Origin: Ministeria vibrans ATCC 50519
Lineage: Eukaryota; Protista; Filasterea
Direction of reading: 5' to 3'
DNA length: 60,519 bases
Assembly (NCBI GenBank): GCA_943704425.1
Contig: CALSCP010002675.1
Coordinates: 43,709 to 104,227, forward strand
Shown: piece by piece, positions 27,076-57,382 of the stretch
Layout of the letters: each line of letters begins with the position of its first letter
How positions within the stretch are numbered: position 1 is the stretch's first letter
Program-made: the position numbers and the translations under genes
The notes under the pieces: model-generated
Told to the model about the DNA's origin: nothing
The model's input: only the letters and a program-made list of their open reading frames with translations
The model's database searches: none

Positions 27076-30000
27076 ATGCGATCTGCAATCGCACCGATGC
27101 TTGCTATGCTCATCTTCACACAGTGTGTGGTGCTGTGCAGCTCGCTGTCGGGCGACTCCCTGGCCCTCGAGGGCTGTCAAGGGATTGTCAATTCGACAAT
27201 CCATCTCGATTTTTCCCAGTTGACGGTGCGCACCATCGCCGTTGCGCGCGCTCTGACTCTCTTCCGATAGGTGGCCCTGGCCGGCGTCGATCCCGTGCAG
27301 GAGGTGGCCCTCACCGACATTGGCGATTCAGGCTACTTCTTTCTGCCCATCGATGAGCCGCATCGGCGCCACTTCACGCTGCGCCTTCACGCCCCTCCTG
27401 CCTGGCGCTTCGGTGAGTTTGCCGCACTCGCATGCGCTCTTTTGCTGCAGCAGAGCCTAACCATGCTGGTGTGTGTGTTGCATTGTAGAGCCGCGTGCGG
27501 TGAGCATCGACTTGGAGGACACGCACAGTCCGTGTCAAGCCTCCCACAGCCTCATTGTGTTTGAGTTTGCCGGCTTCCACATCGAGGGAGCCATTACAAG
27601 TTCAGGGGACGGCCTGCCCGGTCCCTCGGGCGTCACAGTGAAACTATTCAATGACACTCACTCCGAGACGCCCCTGAGTGTCGCCACGTCGTCTCTGGGC
27701 GGAGTGTACACACTCGAAAACGCGTGGCCTGGCAACCGACTTGTGCGTGCATCTCATCCGACGTGGCATGTGACCCCTACCGAAGGTATGACTGGTGTTT
27801 TTGGTGGCGTATACGCTGTGTGTCTTATGGCTGGTTGACGTACGTAGCATCTATTCTGGTGAGCGACAGTGGTCGCGTTGAAATGCCAACGTTTGTTGTC
27901 GACGCATTTTCACTCGATGGACACATTGCGTGTGATGGTGAGCCGGTTGGAAACATGCGCGTTGTGTTGGTACCGCAATCTATATTGGCACCACTGCGTT
28001 GCAGTGATACAGACGAACCACTGCATCAACAGTGTGTAGCCATCTCCAGCTGCGAATCGGGCGCATTTTCCTTTGCTGGTGTTGCCGCTGGCAACTACTC
28101 TCTCTCGGTTGAGTCCATCCCAGCTCGCTACCATCTCCTTGCGGACGCGACTACTACTACTACTACTACTACTACTTTAAATACTCCTTCTTCTGATACG
28201 CATATGGACGTCCGCATACCCGTCGGTGGTCTCACACTCTCTGTACCACTTCGTGTGACGGGATTCTCGCTGGAAGGAACGGTCGAGAGTAGCGATGGCT
28301 CACCCCTTGCCAATGTGACCGTCTTTGTCAATGGCACTGCATACGTGCGCTCAAATCTGACTGGCGGCTACACCCTCACAGATCTTCGTGTGGGCACGTT
28401 GCTTCTCAGTGCTAAAATGACAAACGACGACTCCATTGAGTTTGATGTACTCTCGCTACACGCGCGCCCTCACGTGCCTCTGCCGCTTCTTGTGCCGCTG
28501 CACCGTCGTGTGTGCGGCCGTGTCATTTTGCCGGTGCGCTTGCCCGTCCCCCTTCCTTCGCCTTCGCCACAAATCATTCCATTCTGCCGCCACGCCACAG
28601 ATCCCAAAGGTCACACAGCCGCCTTCTCCCGTCTCATACAATTTACTGCGGTCTCGAGCAGTAGCATCAGCGAGGCCGAGCGACAAGTCGCCGCAAACAG
28701 CGCCACTGGCGAAGACACATCTTTTGTCACTGTTTTTTCGACGCGCTCCAACGAGACTGGGCACTTTTGTGTGTCGCTACCTTTTGGAACGTACAATGCG
28801 TCGGTTGGCGACCAGGCTGAGCCGGCGCTCTTGCCCACAAAGGGGCATGCATTGGTGGATGTTCGTGAAGACCTTGCCGTTGCCCCTGTGGAATTTGAGG
28901 CAGTGGTTCACTCCATTTCAGGAAACATTTCGTGTGCGTGGGGCTCTTGCAATTCGCCCATCACCGTCTCGTTGGTGTTTCGCAACGGCACGAGCGAGTG
29001 TGTGCACGCCATTGTCACGTCAACTCTTGTCGAGGAGAACCCCTCCGTGGTCGACAACGATGATCAGAACAATGACAATGGTGCCAATGTGAACACGGAG
29101 CGTGACAGTCCTGCACCGAGCAACGGCAGTGGGGACGATGCATGGAGACCCCAACGTCGAATTTTTCGCTTTGACGATCTGTCGCGCGGCATTTATCGTG
29201 TGGTTGTACAGCGTGATACGCTGTGCTGGCGTGAGAAACCACGCGAAGTGGATTTGAACACTGTTGAACCTCGCAGGAGTCATAACATTGAAAACATTGA
29301 CTTTGTCCAGGCGGGCTTTGTCCTCCGTGCCAACCTATCTCATGCCGTGTCGGCACTTGTCGAGCACGAGTCGGGCCAGAGCCGCTTCCAGCTGAGACGC
29401 GGTCGCAATCGCTTTTGCCTGTCCAAGCCAGGCCTGTACAAGGTCCACCCACATGCGTGCTATCGTTTTGCGCAGACCACCTACGACTTTGATACGTCTG
29501 CTCCCCGTGCCCTGTCCCTCATTGCCACACACGCCCGTGTCAGTGGCTCCCTTCTTGTTCCCTCGCACGGTCTTACGGCGAACGTACGTGCCACTTTGCG
29601 CGTTCGCGTTCGAGAACGACTCCAACAGCCACGCTCGTCGATTATTTTCAGCAAGCGTAGCACTGAAACTGAGGCGGACGATGATCATGATGCATCGCCG
29701 TGTTCAGAAAATGGCGACGAAAATGGTGACGAAAATGTCGTGTCGCACATGTTGACTCCTTGGTTTGTCAAGACGGTTCCGCCATCGTCCCCTCATGCGA
29801 ATCCTGACGAAGGGGCAGCGAGAGGCACGGGAGACCTGGATGCAGACGATGGCGACAAAGAGCCGTTGGTTGCGCCTGGCACGTCGATGGCTCTGTTTCA
29901 CTTTCAGACGCACATTCTCATTGACGCTCACGTTTCGTTTCAACCATACTCGCCTGCCCTTCTCTTTGTGCCTTTGTTGGCCAATATCTCTACCGAAGTC

Positions 30001-31652
30001 GTGTCTGCTGCAAGTGCCCCCATTGCCAAGCCCATTCAAGTGTCCCCCTGCGAGGGAAACCAATGCGAAACGGGCGACTCGGAGTGTCTTGTTCCTCTTG
30101 CACCTTTTGTCGCTCAACACGGCCGAAATGTCACTGGGCGCGTCCATCCGTCGCTTGGCAACGTGGCCCTGACGTTTGCCGTGCGCGCTGAACACACCCA
30201 TCGCATTTTTCACGCAGATGCCGTCACGGATGATGCAGGAATGTTCACCATCGGACCATTCCCGTGCGAGCACAACGACCACAGCGACGATCTCACTGCT
30301 CACAGTCAGTCTGTGTCGAGTCGACTTATGAGCGCCACTGCGCTCCACGAAGGCTACATTCTGCGCCGTGCACCCATGTCGGAAGAGCTTTTTGTGTTCA
30401 CTGCACATCGTCTTGCTAATCTGACCGTGTCGCTTGTGACGCCCGATCAAGGCAGCAGTGAGTCGCTAGCTGGAGTTACAGTGAGTGTGTCGAGCCGCCA
30501 AGGAGGTTTTCGTCGGACACTTGTGTCGTCGTCGCAGAGCGTCTTCTTCCAGGACATTGAGCCTGGTGCCTACTTTGTCAAGCCAATGCGCTCCGAGTTT
30601 GCCTTTGAGCCCGCCTCCGTCACCGTCAATGTTGGCGATGGTGAAGATGCGCAGGTACGCATCATGGGTCAGCGGGTCGGATGGAGTGCGCGGGGTCACG
30701 TGCGAGATACACAACAGTTACCCGTTGTCGCAACGGTGAGAGCCGAGTGTATCACGGTGAACTCTTCTCTCCAGTGCGCCCCACGCGAGACTCTCACCGA
30801 CCGCAACGGAGCCTATCGCTTGCGTCATCTTGCTCCCGCCATGTCCTATCGCGTCTTTGTCGTGGACACGCACCATCTTGTGGCACCCGCATTTGTGCTG
30901 CTCACCGTGCCGACACCCGGTAGCGACACGCACGGACTGAATTTTAGTGTGCTTGCATTCTCCGACGCCATGGGCTCTGTGTCTGGTCAAATTGTTGTGG
31001 GTGTTGACGATGACGACGATGACAAGAAGACCACGCTGCAAGTGTCCGTCTACAATCGATCCCATCCTCGAATAGCTAGTGCCACTCTTAATGCGACGCA
31101 GGACACGCGTGAGTTTCACTTTGAGCTGTTGCCCTTTTTTCGTGTCAACGGCTCAGCGATTGAGCGCATTGCGTATGACCTCACACTTACAGCAATTCTT
31201 CCCTCGGGCTCCCACCGTCTACTCAGGCGACTTGGTAAGTGAAACTCGACTCAAAATACGTTTTGTTTGTAATTAATAAATTGTTTTGTTTGTGAACAGG
31301 TGTCTCACGAGACGAGCGACTGAGTATCCACATTCAAGTCGACGAAGTGCGACGCGAGAAACCCACTGGACGTCCGTCTCTTGCCGCCATGGTCAGCAAA
31401 GCCGTGTCAGCAGCAGATACACTCATGTCGCTGATGAGCTCTGCGCCCTCATTGCAACAGCAACAACAACAGCACCAGCAGCCAGCCACACTTGCAATGA
31501 AGTCATCTTCGCTTGTGCAGTCTCTATCTTGTCCCGTCTCCGCCCACCGTGTTTCTGCCCCACTTCTTATATGGTGCCTCTCCGTTCTCTACTGTATTCT
31601 TCTTCCTCTCCTCCTCTCCTTTTTCTCCCTCCTTCGTCGCTTGTGCTCCTAA
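27076..31652 (+). CDS. NOMO1: Nodal modulator (NOMO)-like ER membrane protein
   Basis: Signal peptide, GCQGIVNS..DFSQLTV, GYFFLPI..LHAPPAWRF/EP, FEFAGF, GPSGVTVKL, ASHPTW, LCW, PGLYKVHPHACYRF, PGAYFVKPMRSEFAFEP, ETLTDRNGAYRLRHL, hydrophobic C-terminus. The 3' end is approximate. Confidence 0.85.
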
Positions 31653-31820
31653 TGTACTTCTTTTGTACTTTTTACCATTGATGAACTGTTACTTTATCTT
31701 GTTTGTTTTCCACATTATACGATCTCTCTCTATCACTTTGCTTCTCTCTCCCTCCCTCCTCCCTCTCCTCTTGTTCGGTCGCTCTCTCTCTCTCTCTCTC
31801 TCGTTTTTCAGTCTCTTTTT

Positions 31821-33777
31821 CTACAATACAGCGACCTGCGACTCGCGCGGTCGCACTGGCTTCTGGCTCAGTGACTCGTAGTCCTTTGCGCGAATGTCAC
31901 TCATTTGTGAGACAATTTTTGCAAACAGATTCTTAAATGTCATTCCATCGCCCTGGAAAAAAAAATGTGTGAAGTTAATGACAAGGTATTGTTGTCATGA
32001 AGTACAAACCTTCTTTCGACGAAACTCAGCGCCAGTAAGATCTCGCTTGACCCTCGTTAGACGAACACTGATCTCAACAGGCTCCCCAGCAGTGCCCACA
32101 TGGCGCACGACGATCGTCTGTTTGGCGCGCTTGACGTCGGGCACCAGTCGCAGGTGTGTCATGGCCCGACACAGGCGATCCATTAGTGACCCGATGGGAA
32201 CCGTCCCGTAGAACCGTGTCGATCGTCTGGCGCAGAGCATTCGTGCCTAACAATGGAAAGATTATAATTATTATAGTAATGTTTTTTTAAAGAAGCAACC
32301 ATACAATAAAACAATAATAATAATAATTTTTTGTGTGTTACTTCTGTGCAGGGCTGCTGAGAAGACTCTTCAAAAAAAACCTCGTGGGCCTCAATGGGTT
32401 GAGTGTCGGCGGGATAGAGCTCATGGGAGTTGTCGAGAGAGTCGGAGAAGTGGGGGATAGTCGGGGCGGAGGCGGGCGGATAAGCAAGTCGGGGGCGCTT
32501 GGGAAGCGACTGCGACGCCAGCCCAAACAGCGACTGACTTTGGTTGTCTTGGCTGTCGTCGTCGTTGGTGTTGTTCACATTGGCGTTGTTCTGTTGGCTT
32601 GGATTCAGCTGAAGAGCGTCCATTTCTTCCACAAGCTCCATCGCTGGCTCGTGGAACAGTCCCTCTGTGTTCAATTGCACTTCCTCCGAAACACGCCTAT
32701 TGTACAGACAAAAGGTGTCAGTGGCTTGTCTTTGTTGTCCTTCTCCATCACTGTGCTTCTCTATCACGTGTTTCTTTTCTCTCTCTCTCCCTCTATCACT
32801 TTGTTTTTTCTCTCTCTCTCTATCAGTTGTTCTACTTTTTTCCCTCTCTCTCTATCACTTTGTTTCTTTCTCCATCACAATGTTTCTCTCTGTCTGTCTC
32901 TGTCTCTCTCCCTCTCTGGTTCGCTTCTTTCTCCCTCCTCTCGCATACCTTGTGATCCAGGAGTGAGTGAGCGCGACATGATGAAGAGATCGGTTGCGTG
33001 GGTTGGGTTCGAGAACTGTAAGGGCCAGATCGACAGCCTCGAGGGACATGAGAGGCGACGTGCATGACCAAGGGAGGGCATCGTGCTTGCCGGATCGCCA
33101 GCGAGCGTAGAGCTCACAGCGCGCGTGCGGCTCGTTCCAAGGCAGCACTCCCGACAACATGACAATCATTACAATACCACACGACCACATGTCGGCGAGG
33201 GGACCCTCGTATGGGACGCCAGCGAGCAGTTCAGGCGCCATGTAGGGTGGCGAGCCACACTTTTGCTCAAGTTTGCGTCGCCTACCCTGGTGTTGGTACA
33301 CGGTCGCAAACCCAAAGTCGGTCAGTTTGATATTACCGCACACGTCCAACAAGATATTCTCCGGCTTGATATCGCGATGGGCAACACCCAACGAATGCAG
33401 GTGGCCCACCGCACTAAACAACTGTCGCATGTAAATGACCGCGACTCCTTCACCCTGGCGCAGGCCGACCTCCGGAATGATTTGGTCAAACAACTCGCCG
33501 CCCGCAGCATATTCAAGAATGAGAAAAGTTGCATTGGGAGATTGAAGGGCCTACGCGAAGAACGAGTCGATGGGGCGTTTTGCATAGGTTAGATGAACTC
33601 TGAACTCCGCCCCACACACGACTGAAACACAACAAAGAACGCACCGTGATGAACCGGATGATGTTCGCGTGTAGCAGGGTGCGGTGGATGCACACCTCTT
33701 TCTTGACGCACAGGGATGCTGTGCCTCGCGGTGCCATGATAATCTGCAAACAAAGAGGGTCGAGAATGAGCCAGACA

Positions 33778-33829
<52 letters not shown>

Positions 33830-34202
33830 GTTGTGAACACAACAAGAAGAAACAGGATCGTTTGAGGCAAAGCGATTGGTCGCACACGACTCGGTGAGTG
33901 CTTGGCACGCGGCAACAATGCACGTGAAATGGGCTCTGGAGCGAGCGAAGCAATCTCCGTCACAACACTTCGAAAATGGCGCGCGTCGACGACAAGCGGC
34001 AGTGTGCGGCCTACAGCGCCCCCCAGCGCCGCTGCGCCGCGCAGAACCCTACCTTGATGGCAAACAGGTCCTTTGACGGGCGGTGCAGGGCCAGCTTGAC
34101 CTTGCCAAACGCCCCTTCGCCGAGTGTCGCTCGAAACTCGTAGTCGTCGATCTCCTGAATTTTCTCCGTCGGCTCTTGCCGCATACGCTTCACGCTCGCC
34201 AT
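31821..34202 (-). CDS. CHEK1: Checkpoint kinase 1
   Basis: LGEGAFGKVKLA, KKEVCIHRTLLHANII, FDQIIPEVG, HRDIKPENILLD, DFGFATVY, CGSPPYMAPE, SQ cluster, STRFY, C-terminal KA1-type EFRRKK/GDGMTFKNLF. Confidence 0.9.
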
Positions 34203-34762
34203 GGCCCTTCGCGTCTGAAAATTCAAACAGAAATCAGAACCAACCGTGAGCGGCGAAGGAAGAATACTGAATAACGAATAATCAACAATGACAGAAATGA
34301 GTAATCAAAACTCAAAACTCAAAAGACAAAATGGCTAAAGGTATGCTGAATAAATGACACCTGAGACCTGTCCTCTTCTTCATGACTTCAGCAATCCCTT
34401 ACAAGTTTGTTTCTATTCCATAATACATATTACATAATTACATAAGGACTGACGAGTGGCGAGTGACGAGTGACGAGCCACCACTCACTAGCGAGTGACG
34501 GTAAATATGTTAACAATAAGGGAATAAGGGTATTAGTTGTAACATACAATGCTTCTGCCATAGGGCACAGGCCAACCCGGGCAACTCCAATAAGATTTAT
34601 AAGAAATAAGAATGATAAGGCGGAGCGTCCATAGGAACACGCTCTCACATCAATACTATACACATTACACAATCATCAATCAAAATTAATAATAATTATT
34701 ATCAATAATATTTTTCAAATTATTATTCAAATAATTAATCACTGTTTAGTTTTTGTGACGTG

Positions 34763-36066
34763 ATGCCGTTCTTCAGATCTCCAAAGAGCAAGCGCACAAG
34801 CGAAGACGCTGCCGCAGCATCAGGGGACTCTGTGGGTCTTGGCTCTGGCGACGAGGCGCCTGCATCGTCCGAATCGCCAAAGATTGCACCTAAGCGCAAA
34901 ACGAAACGAGGCAAGAAGGAACGTTTGGCGGACGAGGCGGCCGCCAAGGCCCTCGAGGCCGGCCCCCAGCCCGCGCCCGAAGCCACAGAACCTCCTCCCG
35001 TCGACGCCGAAGTCCCCGAACCCCGCATTCCCGCTGATTCGTCTCTTCTTGAGGCCGAAAAGGTAATCCGTTCGTTTTTTTTTTCTTTTTTTTTTGGTTT
35101 TTGACTCTGTTGCGAACCCAAATGGCTGTCGATTCGCCTGGGCCACTCCTCAACGGCCCTACACTGTTGAATATAACAAATCTTGATTGGCGGCACGACG
35201 GGTTTGCGTCGGCAAATGTGTTAACGGCGAAAACGAAAAAAAAAAAAAAGAACGGTTTATAAATAAGTTGTGTGGTGCGAATGGGAACACTGCTTGTGGC
35301 TGCGCGCACGCTGCTCGGTGTCTCTACTGACGCACATCCTCTCCCTCTGAACCAGGACTCCGTGCCGTGGGCTGCGACGGGCTCTCCGCTGGGCGACAGC
35401 AAAGGCGACAAGCTCGATCGAGACGATGATGTCAAGGGACTGAAATGGAGTGTCAGCTGTGGCAGCGCAACCATGCGAGGGCAACGGCACGAGAGGAACG
35501 AAGACAGACGCATTGTGCGACGCGCCGTCCATGCTGGCCAACGAAGCATCCTCGGGGGAGTCTTTGATGGCCATGGGGGCGCAGAGGCCGCCGAGTACGT
35601 GCGACGAAGACTACACGTCGCCCTGCGCTATCAGCTTGCTCACGTTGAAAGCGGCAAAGGAGCCAAACAAACCACCACTTCAACTGCAACGGATACAACC
35701 CAAGTTGCGGCAGCAACCGAAGGTGACGAAGACGCACAAAGAGCTCAGGTGGGGACAGCAGCCAGTGACGAGTCGGCGACCGCTTCAAGTGAGGAGACAG
35801 AGTCACCCATCCGTCCCATTGCGGCCGAAGTGTTCACACAAGCTATGAGCAACGCTTTTGACGATATGGAAAGCGCCTTTTGCTGCTGGGCACGCAACCT
35901 GCAGCCCAACGACACGAGCGGCGCCTGTGCCCTTGCCTGCGTTGTCGATCGTGTCGGAGGCGCATGCTACATTGCCTCCACCGGTGACTCCGCCTCTGTC
36001 TTTTTTGCCGTCGACAAAAAGAAGTACGACTGTTCTCGTTTACACCTCGCACAGCGTCTTATATCT

Positions 36067-36110
<44 letters not shown>

Positions 36111-36629
36111 TGAAGGAAATTACTTGAGGTAACGGGCTCGCATCGCCAGAGCTGCCACGACAGTTTCGAGCAAGACCGCATGTACAATGCGTACACACGG
36201 GCAATTCGCAACGAAGACGAGTGTGGACTGCAGAGCAGCCTGCGGTCGCGCCGGTTGTTCGATCCCGACGGGAGCATCCAGGGCCTCGAACCAAGCCGCA
36301 CGGTGGGCGACGTCGACGTCAAAGACGTATTTGGCGACTGCCCCATTGTCATTGCGACTCCCATTGTGTCCACCCACTCATTTGTTGAGTCCTCCAAGGC
36401 GCTTTTCAATGCCGTTGTGCTTGCCAGCGATGGTGTCTGGGATGTCTTCACGGCCGCCGAAGCTGCCGAGTTTGTCCGTAAGCTGCTCCTCACCAACTCA
36501 AAGGGTCCCTTCACCGCGGACGTCCTTGACTTCACAGCTGACGCCCTCTGTCGTGCCGCCGAGCAGAAGGGCTCCGACGACGACATCACCGTCGTCATCT
36601 TTATTGTAACCGAGGCCAAAAAGAAATAA
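34763..36629 (+). CDS. PP2C/PPM-family protein phosphatase
   Basis: MRGQRHERNEDR, GVFDGHGG, SGACAL, TGDS, SRTVGD, LASDGVWD, GSDDDITVV. Attachment of the first exon is inferred. Confidence 0.85.
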
Positions 36630-36673
<44 letters not shown>

Positions 36674-36996
36674 AATATAATTATTAATAATAATTATTTT
36701 ACGTCTTATTAATTCTATTTTTTACATTATTATTATTATTAATAATTATTATTATTATTTATTATTATTATATTAATCGTTGGTTTGATATTTTCATCTT
36801 ATTGACTAAACTTTTTGCTTTTCACTTCGTTTATTCCTATTAATATTTTATAAATATAATTATTATTATCATGATTGTGTCATATTCGTTTATTTCGTGT
36901 ACTCTTGTCACATTTTATCTCTCTTTTTCCTTGTCCTTCTCTCTCTCTCTCTCTTTCTTTCTCTCTCTCTCTCTCAAAACGTTATACGCGTCCCTC

Positions 36997-53342
<16,346 letters not shown>

Positions 53343-53482
53343 TGAAGAAAAATAATAATATTTTTAATTAATCCTTTAATCTTTGAATAATAATAATAAT
53401 AATAATTATTATTATTATTAAGAAACAAACTAACAACAATACTGATAACAATAACAATAATAATTAAAACGGATAATATTGG

Positions 53483-55027
53483 TTACACTATATCAACGTC
53501 GTCCGCCTCATCGACAAACCTCCTTCGCTGTGCCTCATCTTCGGAGGAAAGTTTCTGCTGGCGTTGCGCCTCCTCGTTGGTGTTTTTCAACTCAGTTTCG
53601 CCATGGGTGTCGCCTTCGCTGGCCATCTGGTAGTGCGAGGTGGCGGCAAAGTCGGTGTGGCTGCAGTTGTCTTCTTCGTCGCTGTCCATTTCGCTGTCCA
53701 TTGCACAGCTCAAGGAGAGGCGCGACGGCTTTCTTCGTGTCGACCGTCGCATGCTCGCTAAGCCATCGTCAAGACAGTCCGCTTCGTCGATGTCGTCGTT
53801 CTCATCGTCATCGATGTCGTCGTCGTCGTCGTCGTCGTCGTCGCTCGTGTCGTCTCGCATAGCTCGCTTACTGGAGCGAATAGGCGGGATAGTACTGGGT
53901 ATTTCGGGGAGCAAGACTGGATGGATGGGAGGCTTGCCAGCGTTCTTTTGACGCCCGCGCCATCGAAAGCCCAATATCTCGAGTTTGTTGTAACGCGACG
54001 GAATAAGTTTGAGGGCACGGTGAGCACGTCGCTGCGTACGGACCCACTCGGCGAGCGACTGGTTGGACGGGTAGATGCGGGGGACGTTGGTGTGGCCATA
54101 TTCATTTTGGAAGTCTTCCAGCTCGGACAAGCGTCGCAGCCACTGCTCCTCGGCCCGAGCGACGGGGTAGACGTTTTGCGTCTCTAGAGAGTGGTCTGAT
54201 GGTGCAGTGGGTGGGGGGGTGATCGGTTGTGCCACCGTCGTTTGGTTGTCGGTATTTGACGTCGAATTGCGGTTGACGAGACTGGTCTTCGGATTCTCAG
54301 TCTTCAGCGACTGAGGAGCATCGAGCGGAGCTTTACTGAGACTGGGACTGGGTAGGGATGGCGAGGGAGCGGCTGCTGCGGTCGTCGTCAATGGGTCGAG
54401 CGACGCGAGCACTTTCGGGTCATCATCATCCATTGAGGGCGCTTTCAACGGGCACAGCGGCAGCATAGGCGCACGCATAGGTACAAACGACGAGGTTTTC
54501 GCGGTAGACACGTGTGGCGCGGAGGAAAGTGAAGCTGGCGCCATACGCGATTTTTTCAAAGGATGTTCGTGAGTTAAACTCGCAATTGCGGTGCGTTTTT
54601 CACGTGGAGGAACTGCGCCCGTCAGCGGTTGTGGCGGTGACACAGACGGCTGGCACTGGGAAGATGGATAAACTACTGGCTCGGGCAGAGGGACGGTGGG
54701 AGTGAAGGCGTCGGGAGCGACAGGATAAGCAAGAGACGAGAGAGGCTGAGAAGCGAAAGAGGATGGGAAATGGCCAAAAGAGGGATATGAAAATTTTGGT
54801 GGCTCAGGCTGAGTGAAAACCGGGTGTTGGCCCGGCGCGGCAGCCGGCTGGAGCAGCGGAGGAGGAATGAATGCGCCTGGTGGTTGAACGTAGCCAGGAA
54901 ATGGCGCGACCATCTGGTACGATGGAGGAAAACTTTGAAAGGACGAAGGAGAGAACATTGACGAACCGTCAACAAACATATATCCTGGCGGGGGAACTGC
55001 GCCGCCATGGGATGCGCCGTAGTTCAT
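53483..55027 (-). CDS. Pro-rich protein with one helicase-associated (HA) domain and an acidic tail; possible DNA-binding regulator
   Basis: WLRRLSELEDFQNEYGHTNVPRIYPSNQSLAEWVRTQRRAHRALKLIPSRYNKLEILGFRW fits the HA-domain pattern (W..L..F...GH..VP....LG.WV..QR.....L...R...L..+GF.W). Confidence 0.75.
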   Translation of the reverse strand: MNYGASHGGAVPPPGYMFVDGSSMFSPSSFQSFPPSYQMVAPFPGYVQPPGAFIPPPLLQPAAAPGQHPVFTQPEPPKFSYPSFGHFPSSFASQPLSSLAYPVAPDAFTPTVPLPEPVVYPSSQCQPSVSPPQPLTGAVPPREKRTAIASLTHEHPLKKSRMAPASLSSAPHVSTAKTSSFVPMRAPMLPLCPLKAPSMDDDDPKVLASLDPLTTTAAAAPSPSLPSPSLSKAPLDAPQSLKTENPKTSLVNRNSTSNTDNQTTVAQPITPPPTAPSDHSLETQNVYPVARAEEQWLRRLSELEDFQNEYGHTNVPRIYPSNQSLAEWVRTQRRAHRALKLIPSRYNKLEILGFRWRGRQKNAGKPPIHPVLLPEIPSTIPPIRSSKRAMRDDTSDDDDDDDDDIDDDENDDIDEADCLDDGLASMRRSTRRKPSRLSLSCAMDSEMDSDEEDNCSHTDFAATSHYQMASEGDTHGETELKNTNEEAQRQQKLSSEDEAQRRRFVDEADDVDIV

Positions 55028-55902
55028 TTGGAAAGGAGACGTCGAGGGGAGGCGAATAAAAAATAGTTTGCACTTTGCGCGAGCAGTTGAGGAAAAGAAA
55101 TAAGAAGACAAACAAGCGAGGAGAGAAAAAAAAGAAAAAAAAAAAAAGAGAGAAAAAAAATAGAATGGACAATTTGGTCGGGAAACGTACGATTCTTTGC
55201 GATACCACGACTGCCAGGCGGCTCTGTAGTAGTATAGCTACACGCTATGACGCAACAAAGCTCGCAACATCTCCCAGGGTCGCCGTGCTTCGTTTTTGAA
55301 TGTTTTTTTTTAATTCATCATAAGCCCACTCAGAGAGAGATAGAATCCACACAGAAAAAGTCCGATAAAAACGAACAACGGATACTAACGAACCAGCTCT
55401 TGGGCAATACTGGTCTATATCATGATTAATGAGCTCATGTGTTATTGTGGATGCATGATTGACGGGGTTTCTCATCCTGACGAGCCTCGAAAGTCAAAAT
55501 CAAAAAAAATCGAGCTCAGAAGAATTACAGAAAATCATTAGCGTTCAAATAACCCATTGTTTACGGACTGTGAGGCACATCCCTGCCCTATTACGAATGT
55601 ATGTTATAACAACTTGCCACTTAGGAAACAAACGCGAAGCTTTAGTCGCAATTTCTCGCAGCAGTGGCGTTTTCTTTTTCTTTTTTTTTTTGTGTCATGA
55701 GTTTTTTTTCGTTTCTTTCGCATTTAGTGATGAGCACTTCATGAGCACTAGCCATCTTGTAGGTCCGCGTCAAGCAACGTCTCAATTTACTCTCTCAAAG
55801 TTACGTTTGGCCCTCAGGGGACCCTCAGGCCCTGTGAACCGACGAAATCGATTGTTTGGAAATTGTGTGTACTAAAAGTTTACTCCATCTGCCCCCCCCC
55901 CC

Positions 55903-56271
55903 NNNNNNNNNNNNNNNNNNNNNNNNNNNNNNNNNNNNNNNNNNNNNNNNNNNNNNNNNNNNNNNNNNNNNNNNNNNNNNNNNNNNNNNNNNNNNNNNNN
56001 NNNNNNNNNNNNNNNNNNNNNNNNNNNNNNNNNNNNNNNNNNNNNNNNNNNNNNNNNNNNNNNNNNNNNNNNNNNNNNNNNNNNNNNNNNNNNNNNNNNN
56101 NNNNNNNNNNNNNNNNNNNNNNNNNNNNNNNNNNNNNNNNNNNNNNNNNNNNNNNNNNNNNNNNNNNNNNNNNNNNNNNNNNNNNNNNNNNNNNNNNNNN
56201 NNNNNNNNNNNNNNNNNNNNNNNNNNNNNNNNNNNNNNNNNNNNNNNNNNNNNNNNNNNNNNNNNNNNNNN
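55903..56271. other. Assembly gap (N run) flanked by poly-C and poly-G
   Basis: N run. Confidence 0.99.
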
Positions 56272-56279
56272 GGGGGGGG

Positions 56280-57170
56280 TTCGGGAGGCTGAATCACTCA
56301 CTGGGTGGCGTTGACGGCGACGTCGTTTGTGCATCTCCCCCAGGGGCGAAATGCTTCATAGTGCGTGTCGTTGGTCGCGCGCAGTGCCTCGCGATGCAAA
56401 GATCTTGCCGACCAGTAAGTCGGATCAGTGTCGGTACACCGCTGGGTGAAGAAAGTGTTCTGGGCCTTCCAGCGGTGGTTGTTGTTGCAGTTGTTTGAAG
56501 ACTTTGTTGCGGTTTGTTGGTGCTGTTGTGGTTGTGGGACGGCTGCGCACACAGGAATGTGTCGCCTGTCGCGCTCACAGGAATGTTGAATCGAGCAAAG
56601 GTTGAACCTATCATACCTTGGCGTGAACCTATCATACCTTGGCGAATGCAGGTGATGCGCGTGATGAGTGCGTAACAGCGCAGCAGCAGCAGCAGTACTT
56701 GATTGCCCAGCAGGGGGATCTCCTCGGCTTCTTGCTCAGGTTCTTGAACGTGCTCAGCGGGTCGAACGTTCTATCCTTGAGCGGCGATGTGCTCGTGAGT
56801 CCCGAGAGGTTGTGCGTCCTCTGGCGTGGAGACGCGCACACCACTCCCGCGTTGACAGACTCTCCGCTGCCTTTACGAGCTCGCCTTCCTTGTGGACTCG
56901 GTCGTACCGCAGCACTCGTCTTGCTGGCGCTCCCGCCGGCATCGAGTGAATCTCGAGCGTGTTGAGGATGGACAGGCTGTGGAAGCGTTTTCGTGGTCTT
57001 TGGAGCTGCTACTGCTCTCTATATTACAGAAGAAAAATATTCAAAAATACGACGCATTTACAAATGATACAGTCACAGCGCGAATATACAGTCAGACCCC
57101 CTTGCAAACTCAACCGAAACTCTGTAGGTAGCATGGGAGAACAGCGACCGATCAGAGTGCTGTGCCGTCG
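56280..57170 (-). mobile_element. Degenerate retroelement remnant, including copy 2 of the 110-bp repeat (57063-57170)
   Basis: Shares the repeat with 818-928, is flanked by (AAG)5 at 57172-57186, has a broken frame with a weakly LINE-like post-RT segment (EIHSMPAGAPARRVLRYD..REWCARL) and a 21-bp tandem duplication near 56604-56645, and lies next to an assembly gap. Confidence 0.45.
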
Positions 57171-57318
57171 TAAGAAGAAGAAGAAGAATACAATAATAAT
57201 AGTAATTATTTTCTTTATTAATAAAACATTAATAATAATAATTATTATTAATTATTATGATTATTATTATTATTATTCTTGATTAATTTATTATTATTAT
57301 TATTATTCTTGATTTTTC

Positions 57319-57356
<38 letters not shown>

Positions 57357-57382
57357 TTCTTGATATTTTATTTGTTTTTCTG

